From contig CAWBHS010000003.1 of assembly GCA_963788655.1 (NCBI GenBank), positions 15,950-79,949 of the forward strand: a stretch of 64,000 nt of DNA. The letters are read 5' to 3'. Positions 56,522-64,000 of this stretch are shown piece after piece. Made by a program: the position numbers and the translations under genes. Origin of the DNA: an uncultured Verrucomicrobiae bacterium. Lineage in GTDB: Bacteria; Verrucomicrobiota; Verrucomicrobiia; Limisphaerales; JAFGQR01. The notes below the pieces were generated by a model. It made no database searches and was not told the DNA's origin. It worked only from the letters and a program-made list of their open reading frames with translations. Numbering within the stretch: the first letter of the stretch is position 1; the number at the start of each line of letters is the position of its first letter.

Positions 56522-57664
56522 ATGCATACATCAATTAAATGGATCATGGGCCTGAGCACCGCGTTAGGTGCCGTCTGGCTGGTCGGTTGCGCCTCCGTGA
56601 AGCCGGGTGACGGCGAGATTTCGTCCGCCCCGTTCGGCCAAGCTCCCGACGGCCAAGCCGTGCGGCTTTACACGTTGAAGAATGCCAACGGGGTTGAAGC
56701 CAAAATCTGCAATTATGGCGGCATTGTGGTGTCGCTGAAAGTGCCGGATCGCCAGGGCAAGCTGGGCGACGTGGTGCTCGGGTACGATTCGCTGGCGGAT
56801 TACGTCAAGGACAGTCCTTACTTTGGCTGTCTGGTGGGCCGTTACGGCAATCGCATTGCCAAAGGCAAATTCACCCTCGACGGCAAGACCTACACCTTGG
56901 CCACCAACAATTACCCGAATGCGCTGCACGGCGGCCTGAAGGGCTTTGACAAGGTGGTGTGGCAGGCCAAAGCGTACCCGACCCAATTGGGACCCACGCT
57001 GGAATTGCACTACGTGAGCAAGGACGGTGAAGAAGGTTATCCGGGCACGCTCACGGTCAAAGCCGTTTACACCCTGACGACGAACAATGCCTTGCGCCTG
57101 GATTACACCGCCACCACGGATCAGGACACGGTGGTCAACCTGACGCAGCACTCGTATTTCAACCTGGCTGGCCAGGGCGACATTCTGAAGCACGTGGTGA
57201 TGATCAACGCGGACAAATACACGCCGGTGGACAGCACGCTGATCCCGACGGGCGAACTGGCGCCGGTGCAGGGCACCCCGTTTGACTTTCGCACCCCAAC
57301 GCCGATCGGCGCCCGCATCAATGCGGACAATCAGCAACTCAAGTTCGGCGGTGGCTACGACCATAATTGGGTGATCAACAAACCCGCCGGCGAACTGGGC
57401 CTCATGGCGCGAGTTTACGAACCGACGACCGGGCGGGTGTTGGAAGTGGTGTCCACCGAACCCGGCCTGCAATTCTACACGGGCAATTTTCTGGACGGCA
57501 CGCTCACGGGCAAAGGCGGGCGGGTCTATCAGTTCCGCAACGCGTTTTGCATGGAGCCGCAGCACTATCCCGATTCGCCCAATCAGCCCAATTTCCCGTC
57601 GGTGGTATTGAATCCGGGGCAGGTCTATCGGAACACGATCATTTATCGGTTCAGCACGCAGTAA
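56522..57664 (+). CDS. galM: Aldose 1-epimerase (mutarotase), probable lipoprotein
   Basis: LVGC lipobox; GRYGNRIA, LHGG, EEGYPG, NLTQHSYFNL, GGYDHNW, QFYTGNFL, MEPQHYPD. Confidence 0.93.
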   Translation: MHTSIKWIMGLSTALGAVWLVGCASVKPGDGEISSAPFGQAPDGQAVRLYTLKNANGVEAKICNYGGIVVSLKVPDRQGKLGDVVLGYDSLADYVKDSPYFGCLVGRYGNRIAKGKFTLDGKTYTLATNNYPNALHGGLKGFDKVVWQAKAYPTQLGPTLELHYVSKDGEEGYPGTLTVKAVYTLTTNNALRLDYTATTDQDTVVNLTQHSYFNLAGQGDILKHVVMINADKYTPVDSTLIPTGELAPVQGTPFDFRTPTPIGARINADNQQLKFGGGYDHNWVINKPAGELGLMARVYEPTTGRVLEVVSTEPGLQFYTGNFLDGTLTGKGGRVYQFRNAFCMEPQHYPDSPNQPNFPSVVLNPGQVYRNTIIYRFSTQ

Positions 57665-57688
57665 ATCATCTCACGGAAAAGGAACCCT

Positions 57689-59374
57689 ATGGAATGGCTG
57701 GATTATGTCGTTGTCGCGTTGTATTTCGGTCTCATCGGCTGGGTCGCCTGGTGGTATGGGCGGCACCAGAAGGACAGCGTGGATTACTTCCTGGCGGGTC
57801 GCAACGCCGGCTGGGTGGTGATCGGCGCTTCGATCTTCACCTCCAATATTGGATCGGAACACATTGTCGGGCTCGCCGGCCAGGGGGCCTCGACCGGCAT
57901 GGCCATGGCCCATTGGGAACTCCACGCCTGGTGCCTGATCGTGCTGGCGGGGTTGTTTGTCCCCTTCTACTACAAATCGGGCGTGGAAACGATTCCCGAG
58001 TTCCTGGAAAAACGCTTCGGCCCCGGCGCCCGCTTGGTGCTCTCGGTGGTTTCGCTGGTGGCCTATGTGTTCACCAAAGTGAGCGTCACCGTTTATGCCG
58101 GGGCGATTGTGTTTCAGGCCTTGTTGCCGGACACCTTCGGCAGTCCGCAGAATGCCTTCTGGGTCGGGGCCTTCTTCACGGTGATCGTCACCGGTGCTTA
58201 CACGGTTTTCGGAGGAATGCGCGCCATCATGTACACCGCCACTCCCCAAGCGGTGATCATTCTCCTGGGCTCCTTCGTGATCACCGGCATCGGTCTGTCG
58301 AAGCTGGGCGGCTGGGGCGAATTGGTGACCATGGCCAAGGCGAACGCTCAGAACTTTGCCCTGTGGCGTCCCTTGTCCAGCCCGTTCGACCCGTCAGCCT
58401 TTCCCTGGCTGGGTATTCTGATCGCGTCGCCCATCATCGGCCTGTGGTATTGGTGTACGGACCAATACATCGTCCAACGCACGCTGTCCGCCAAAAGCCT
58501 GCCGGTCGCCCGCCGTGGGGCGTTGTTCGGTGGCTTGCTCAAAGTCTGGCCCGTGCTCATCTTTGTTATCCCAGGCATGATCGGTTGGGCGTTAAACCAG
58601 AAGGGCATTATCCATTTGCCTTACAAAGTCGGCACGACCGTGATCAACGGCGACCTGGTGTTTCCCACCCTGGTCCGCGAACTGTTGCCCATCGGCATCC
58701 GCGGCCTCATTGTGGCCTGTCTGCTGGCGGCCCTCATGAGTTCGCTGGCGTCGCTCTTCAACTCCAGTGCCTCGCTCTTCACTGTGGACATTTACGAGAA
58801 ACTGCGGCCGGGCAAGTCGGAGAAACACTTACTGTTTGTGGGCCGAATGGCCACGGCGGGCGTAGTGGGCCTGGGAATCGTCTGGATTCCGGTGATGGCC
58901 AAGATCTCCAGTGGCGGCCTGTATCTCTACCTGCAAAGTGTGCAAAGCTATCTGGCACCATCGATCACCGGCGTGTTCTTCCTGGGCTTGTTTTGGAAAC
59001 GCATCAATGCGGCGGGCGCCGTCTGGGGTTTGTGCAGCGGTTTTGTGCTTGGCATGTCGAAGCTGACCATCCAAGCCTTCTACGGCCAAGGCAAACTCGA
59101 GAGCCCGGTCTGGCTCGCGCGGATCGGCGACTTCAACTTTCTGTACGCCACCGGGGTTCTCCTGGTCGCCAGCATTGTGTTTATGATTGTGGCTTCCTTG
59201 CTGACGCCCCCGCCGCCCGACGAGAAGATCAAAGGCCTGACCTACGGCTCCATCCACCAGGAAGCGGCTGACGAAATCCGCCATAGTTGGGATCTGGGAA
59301 ACAAAGTCATGGCGGCCGCCATCGTCCTCGCGGTTCTCGGCATGTACCTCTATTTCAGCTTCTGGCTGAAATAA
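57689..59374 (+). CDS. Sodium:solute symporter (SGLT-like sugar transporter)
   Basis: DYFLAGR, SNIGSEHIVGLAG, WYWCTDQYIVQR, AALMSSL..FNS. Confidence 0.92.
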   Translation: MEWLDYVVVALYFGLIGWVAWWYGRHQKDSVDYFLAGRNAGWVVIGASIFTSNIGSEHIVGLAGQGASTGMAMAHWELHAWCLIVLAGLFVPFYYKSGVETIPEFLEKRFGPGARLVLSVVSLVAYVFTKVSVTVYAGAIVFQALLPDTFGSPQNAFWVGAFFTVIVTGAYTVFGGMRAIMYTATPQAVIILLGSFVITGIGLSKLGGWGELVTMAKANAQNFALWRPLSSPFDPSAFPWLGILIASPIIGLWYWCTDQYIVQRTLSAKSLPVARRGALFGGLLKVWPVLIFVIPGMIGWALNQKGIIHLPYKVGTTVINGDLVFPTLVRELLPIGIRGLIVACLLAALMSSLASLFNSSASLFTVDIYEKLRPGKSEKHLLFVGRMATAGVVGLGIVWIPVMAKISSGGLYLYLQSVQSYLAPSITGVFFLGLFWKRINAAGAVWGLCSGFVLGMSKLTIQAFYGQGKLESPVWLARIGDFNFLYATGVLLVASIVFMIVASLLTPPPPDEKIKGLTYGSIHQEAADEIRHSWDLGNKVMAAAIVLAVLGMYLYFSFWLK

Positions 59375-59383
59375 ATTACCAAC

Positions 59384-59978
59384 TATTACATCGTTTCATT
59401 ATAATATCGAGAGAAAGTGAGCAACCTGCTTTTATGGCTGCATGGCTGGCAAGTCCAAACGCGCGGCGCTATTGTTAACTGTCCCTGAACTGCAATCGAT
59501 TCAAAGGATCGCTAACTCACGCACCCAACGGCTCCGTAAAGTGAGGCGGGCCCAAATCCTCTTTCGCTATCAAGCGGGTCAAGCGATTAGCCAAATCGCC
59601 GAGGCGGTGGCCGTTTGCCGTGACACCGTTTATGACTGTATTGATAAGGCACTGGCCATGGAAATCGACGCCTACTATCCGCCGCAAGCAACCCTTCGGC
59701 TGCTGTTGGACAATCATTCCGCCCATATTTCAAAAGAAACTCGGGCCTGTCTGGCCACCGGGCCCAATCGTTTTGTTTACGTTCACACGCCCAAGCATGG
59801 TTCGTGGCTGAACTTGGTGGAAACGCTGTTTGGAAAAATGTCATGCACGTTTTTGAAAGCCATTCGGGTGCAATCGTGGGAGGAATTTCGGCAACGGATT
59901 CTCCAGGGTATAGCAGAGATCAACGCGGCACCCGTCGTTCATCGGTGGAAGAAATTTGACCTTTTGAGCCCTTCTTGA
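59384..59978 (+). mobile_element. IS630-family remnant; internally deleted transposase ORF 59442-59978
   Basis: N-terminal RRAQIL..HTH joined directly to LLLDNHSAH..TPKHGSWLNLVE; left end ta-ttacatcgtttcattataat; no matching right IR seen. Confidence 0.8.
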
Positions 59979-60548
59979 TCTGTCTTGCGCCAGAGGCGGC
60001 GGCAGGCTTTGCGGGAGGTTTTGGGTTTGCGCAGGAACCATTCGGCATCTGAAAGTCTTCCCAGGGTTCGCCGAGGGTTTCGGTGATGAAGGCGATGAGC
60101 GGCTCGAAGTTGGGGTTGGCGCGGTTACTGGCGGCTTCGACGGCGCGGAGGAATTCCTCGACCGGTTGGCCCAGTTGCACGATTCCCAGGGCATGGCGAG
60201 GGCATTCCAATTGAAACTGACGAGCTCCGGTGAGGCGGCGGGGTTGTGGTTGACGGGGTGAAGTGTGCGCAACAGTTCGTGCGCGCCGCTTGTCCCCAGG
60301 GGACGGCTGGCTCTGTTCGCGGCGCGCAGAGGACTGCACGCCCTACCTCGACGGTTCGTGGGGAGGGTGCCCGCCTGGTCGCGCCGAAGCCGCGTGAAGG
60401 CGGACGGGCTGGGTGAGGGGGAAACCAATGCGCTCAGGAGTCCTCCGGTTCGAATGCGTGAGCGAACTCACGTCCGCTGCCACGCGGTTCTTGACAGCTT
60501 CAGTTTGACCGTTGCAGCGAGAAGCGATACTGTTGCACCAATTTAGCT

Positions 60549-60935
60549 ATGATTGCGTCACCAAAACAAGCAGCCAATCCTGAACCCGCCGGCCAAACCG
60601 GCGACGAGCGCCTGATCAAAGTCACCGCGAACGCGGCGAAGAAAGTCCGCGGCCTGATGGAAAAAGAAGGTCGGGCCAATGGCGTGCTGCGCGTGGCGGT
60701 CGTGGGCGGCGGCTGTTCTGGACTGAGTTACAAAATGGATTTGCAGGATGGCCCGGCGGCGCGCGATTTCGTGGTGGAAACGCAGGGCATCCGCGTGGTG
60801 GTCGATCCCAAGAGCGCGATCTACGTCACCGGGTGCGAAGTCGATTACGTCGAGTCGCTCCAGGAAGGCGGCTTTAAAATCACCAATCCCAACGCCGCCA
60901 GCACCTGTTCCTGCGGCGAAAGCTTCAGCGCTTGA
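60549..60935 (+). CDS. A-type iron-sulfur cluster carrier (IscA/ErpA/HesB family)
   Basis: VVGGGCSGLSY, VVVDPKS, NPNAASTCSCGESF. Confidence 0.93.
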   Translation: MIASPKQAANPEPAGQTGDERLIKVTANAAKKVRGLMEKEGRANGVLRVAVVGGGCSGLSYKMDLQDGPAARDFVVETQGIRVVVDPKSAIYVTGCEVDYVESLQEGGFKITNPNAASTCSCGESFSA

Positions 60936-61680
60936 TTTGGTTGCGGAGTTCCTGAATTTGCTCGTTCAGGGCGCGCACGGTTTTCTGGAGTTCCCGGACT
61001 TCATTGCGAAGCTGTTCGACCTGCGGCGCGGGCTTTCGGGGCGGCGGCGGGGACTGCATGCCGGCGATCTGGCGACGCACCTCTTCATTTTCCGCCGCCA
61101 ACTCTTGGGCGAGTTGGTGCATGCCCGCTGCTTGTAGATTGTCGATCGCCATATCCAGATGGTGCGACCGGCGCTCCAATTCCTCCTGGTTCTGCGAACG
61201 TTCCATCAACCAGCGCTCGTCCGGAGAAAGCTTCCTCGATTCGCGCGCGGCCATCAGTTTCTCGTCGCATTCTCTCAGGGCGCGTTCGGTTTGCTGGAGC
61301 TGCTCTTTGACTTCCGCCGCCTGGTCCATGCGGCCGGCTTGCGTCAGGTTATCGAGTTGGATGGTCTGGCTCTGGAGCAGGCGGGCAAGTTCATGGCGCC
61401 GTTGCGCCAATTGCTCTTCCGTGCGCCTGGGTTCAAAACCGCCTTGCTCGGCGTGCGACCGCAATTCCTCAGACTTGCGCATGGCCTCCCGGGCTTCGTC
61501 GTGGCGTCCCTGCGTCTTCAACTCGCGCGCCCGGTTCTCCTGTTCCCGGGCTTCCGCCTTCAATTGTTCCGGATTGGAATGTTCCGCCGCCCAACTGCCG
61601 GGTACAACCAAGTAGCCAGCGGTTGCGAGACCCGCGATCAAGATTCCTTTGCCGAAGTGTGTCAACATGGTTCGTTTCAT
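60925..61680 (-). CDS. Hypothetical secreted coiled-coil protein
   Basis: Signal peptide; E/Q/R-rich helical body; 11-bp convergent overlap with the Fe-S carrier gene. Confidence 0.7.
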   Translation of the reverse strand: MKRTMLTHFGKGILIAGLATAGYLVVPGSWAAEHSNPEQLKAEAREQENRARELKTQGRHDEAREAMRKSEELRSHAEQGGFEPRRTEEQLAQRRHELARLLQSQTIQLDNLTQAGRMDQAAEVKEQLQQTERALRECDEKLMAARESRKLSPDERWLMERSQNQEELERRSHHLDMAIDNLQAAGMHQLAQELAAENEEVRRQIAGMQSPPPPRKPAPQVEQLRNEVRELQKTVRALNEQIQELRNQIKR

Positions 61681-61847
61681 AGGGCAACCTTTTGTTCAAG
61701 TTTCACCCCCAATAAAGTCCAATTCACCAGAGCGTCAACGCTGAATTGCGTCGCATTTGAATCGGGGGCGTGAGACAAAAAACTGATAAGTGGATTCATT
61801 GCTAAGATTTTTCGTGACATATTATCTAGTCATATAGATAATACGCC

Positions 61848-62180
61848 ATGAACTCGACCCAATTCTGCCAACTAATCGCTCAAATCAAACGCATGGAACG
61901 GGGCAAACTGACGGTCATGTGCCAGAGTTCGGAGGGGCCCCACTACAAGCTTCAAGCTTGGGAGAACGGTAAGAATGTCTCCCGTCACGTCTCCCGCGAT
62001 CAGGCCGACGCGGTGCAAGAAGCGCTGGAGGGCTACCACCAATTCCAAGCCCTCACCGCGCAGTATGCGCAGACCGTCATCGATCAAACGCGGGCCGAAC
62101 TCGCCGCCCATTCAAAAAAAAAGAGCTACCACCTGCGCCGGAAATCCTCCTGGCCCAAGACCAAGAAATCCGACAAGTGA
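61848..62180 (+). CDS. IS upstream ORF (110 aa)
   Basis: MERGKL..YKLQAWENGKNVSR; inside the IS; overlaps the transposase ORF; A9G run near its end. Confidence 0.8.
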   Translation: MNSTQFCQLIAQIKRMERGKLTVMCQSSEGPHYKLQAWENGKNVSRHVSRDQADAVQEALEGYHQFQALTAQYAQTVIDQTRAELAAHSKKKSYHLRRKSSWPKTKKSDK

Positions 62181-63487
62181 TGGCCCGCTTCCAGGCCGGC
62201 CCGCCGACCGGGGTGGCGGTGGCCCAACTGGAGATCCTGGTGCGCACGGCCGTGTTCAAGTCGGCCAATGCGGTGGTGGGCTGGATGCTCCAGCAAGCCG
62301 CCGATCGGATTGACGCCGCTTATCAACCCAAGCTTGGAGAAGAGCGCAAGGGCCGAGCGACCATCAACGCCCAGGGAATTTTTGGGCATTTCGAACTGAG
62401 CCGCGACTACTACTACCAGGCGGGCAAAAAGCAGGGCCATCATCCCGCCGACGCTGCGCTCGGATTGGAAGTGAGCTACACCCCCGCGCTGGCCCAACTT
62501 CTCTGCTTGGAAGGGGCCGATGAGACCACCTACCTGAAAGCCGAGCGGCACCTCGAACGAACCGGCGGCATCGGTGTGTCGGCCCGTCAGATTCAGCGCG
62601 TGGTTCAGCGCGTCGGCACCGCCGCGCAACAATGGCAGGAACGGCCCGCACAACCCAGCGAATGCCAGCGCTCCGAGGCTTCGGTGATCTATCTCAGCGC
62701 CGATGGCACGGGCGTGCCGATGGTTCCGAAGGAGTTGGTCGGGCGTAAAGGCAAACACGCCGAGGGCAAAGCCAAAACCCGCCAAGTTTACCTGGGGTGC
62801 GTGTTCACGCAGCATGAGGTCGACGAGAAAGGCCGCCCGGTGCGCGATTGGGAGTCGACCACCTACGTCTCCAGCTTCAAGTCCATCGCCCATTTCGGCC
62901 CCGGGTTGCGGCAGGAGGGGCTGCGGCGCGGGATGGCCACCGCCAAAAAGATCGTGCTGCTCATCGACGGAGCCAACGGCCTGGAAAACATGGGCAAGCA
63001 GAATTTTAAGGGTTGCGTGCAGATCGTCGACTTCTTCCACGCCATGGAACATGCCGGCCTGGTGCTGGAGGCGTTGCTCGGCAAGGACCACCCCGACTAC
63101 AAACGCCAACTCCGCCGCTGGGCCAAACGGTTATTGAAGGACAAGGTTCAAGCGTTGATCAAAGAGACCCGCCAGCAGTGCGCCGGCACGCCCCGAGTGG
63201 CGGCGGTCGAGCCAGCCCTGCACTATTTCGTCACCAACATCAGCCGGATGCAGTATGGCACGTTCCGAAAGGCCGGGTACTTCATCGGTTCAGGCGTCGT
63301 GGAAGCAGGCTGCAAAACCGTCATTGGCGGGCGCTGCAAACAATCCGGAATGTTCTGGTCCGAGCCGGGTGCCGAAAACATCCTGGCGCTACGCTGCATC
63401 CACAGCAGCCGGCGCTTGGACGAATTCTGGAAGCACCGGCTCAACCCCAAGGCGGCCGCCAACGATTGCCTCCCCCTGGCAGCTTAA
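62177..63487 (+). CDS. ISKra4-like (UPF0236) DDE transposase
   Basis: YLSADGTGVP, LIDGANG, IVDFFHAMEH, IGSGVVEAGCKTVIGGRCKQSGMFW. Confidence 0.88.
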   Translation: MMARFQAGPPTGVAVAQLEILVRTAVFKSANAVVGWMLQQAADRIDAAYQPKLGEERKGRATINAQGIFGHFELSRDYYYQAGKKQGHHPADAALGLEVSYTPALAQLLCLEGADETTYLKAERHLERTGGIGVSARQIQRVVQRVGTAAQQWQERPAQPSECQRSEASVIYLSADGTGVPMVPKELVGRKGKHAEGKAKTRQVYLGCVFTQHEVDEKGRPVRDWESTTYVSSFKSIAHFGPGLRQEGLRRGMATAKKIVLLIDGANGLENMGKQNFKGCVQIVDFFHAMEHAGLVLEALLGKDHPDYKRQLRRWAKRLLKDKVQALIKETRQQCAGTPRVAAVEPALHYFVTNISRMQYGTFRKAGYFIGSGVVEAGCKTVIGGRCKQSGMFWSEPGAENILALRCIHSSRRLDEFWKHRLNPKAAANDCLPLAA

Positions 63488-63689
63488 TCAATCCTGGTTC
63501 GTAGCTAGGCTTCTAGGGATGAAGGTGCGAAAAACCGAGGCAGTCTGCAAATTGTGAAGAATTTTGTCGCACACCCTTGAATCGGTCGGCAGCAGGCGTC
63601 CATGTCGCCAGTTTGGATATTCCCCCTGCCTTGGCGGCATAGCGATCAGGCATCCAAAAGCAGACTGGCTGCGCCAAACGGGCTGGCGC

Positions 63690-63925
63690 CAACGCGACAG
63701 CGTCTTAGAGTGCGGCAGTCCTCTGCCGCTTTCGAAGGGGACGCGCGAGCCGAAGCCGATCGCTGCGTCCGCCCAGCTTGTCACGTCACCGTGGCGGTGA
63801 AAGCGCCGGCAAGCCGGGCGCACTCCAAACGCTGGCGCGACGTTGGGCTGGCTTTGCCCAACCTCGCGCAGCGTTTGGAGTGCGTGGAGCTTGCTCCCGC
63901 TTTCGGTGGCGTTCAGGCACTCCAA
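63690..63925. repeat. Cluster of (T)GGAGTGCG-type REP palindromes
   Basis: agagtgcggcagtcctctgccgctttc; gaaagcgccggcaagccgggcgcactccaaacgc; gcgtttggagtgcgtggagcttgctcccgctttc. Confidence 0.7.
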
Positions 63926-64000
63926 GCTCCGGCAGGGTCCGGAGTCACCCCGCACCCTATTGAGGACGGATGCGTTACCAACACCCTGCAGTCATGACAC

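Larger units (their letters stand above)
61766..63576 (+). mobile_element. Complete ISKra4-like insertion sequence (1811 bp) with 9-bp target duplication
   Basis: IRL gggcgtgagacaaaa / IRR ttttgtcgcacaccc; TTGAATCGG at 61757-61765 and 63577-63585. Confidence 0.88.

Noticed and set aside
60440..60490. tRNA suggested by GGTTCGAAT
   Set aside because: No cloverleaf or acceptor stem; the flank is a REP half (gaactcacgtccgctgccac)

Overview
This is a 64-kb, GC-rich bacterial chromosomal segment. Gene content and protein style suggest Verrucomicrobiota (Limisphaerales/Pedosphaera-like); that placement is inference. Contents in order: the 3' ~12 kb of a giant surface protein (proprotein-convertase P-like segment plus ~31 PPC-like domains, with two single-base frameshifts); addB-addA separated by a tandem REP array; a ROK kinase; a Tat-type sugar-phosphate isomerase; a LysM amidase; a CHASE2-Ser/Thr kinase plus ECF sigma pair; a multiply frameshifted alaS; GNAT; EamA; a MacAB-like ABC exporter with two permeases; an ExbB/ExbD/TonB-like/Zn-ribbon operon; guaB; a hydrolase; cls; a double redoxin; an FN3/Ig-repeat surface protein; DUF4838; a YeeE pair; an integrase-less integron fragment (attI-like site, one complete cassette, attC, truncated second cassette); galM plus an SSS transporter; an IS630 remnant; an A-type Fe-S carrier; and an intact ISKra4-like element with a 9-bp TSD and a -1 frameshift signal. 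Intergenic DNA is dense with several REP/REPIN families and two MITEs that share a structured core but have different ends. A nested REP element is translated in frame inside AddA. I saw no rRNA, tRNA or CRISPR array. Scattered single-base frameshifts are probably partly assembly errors.
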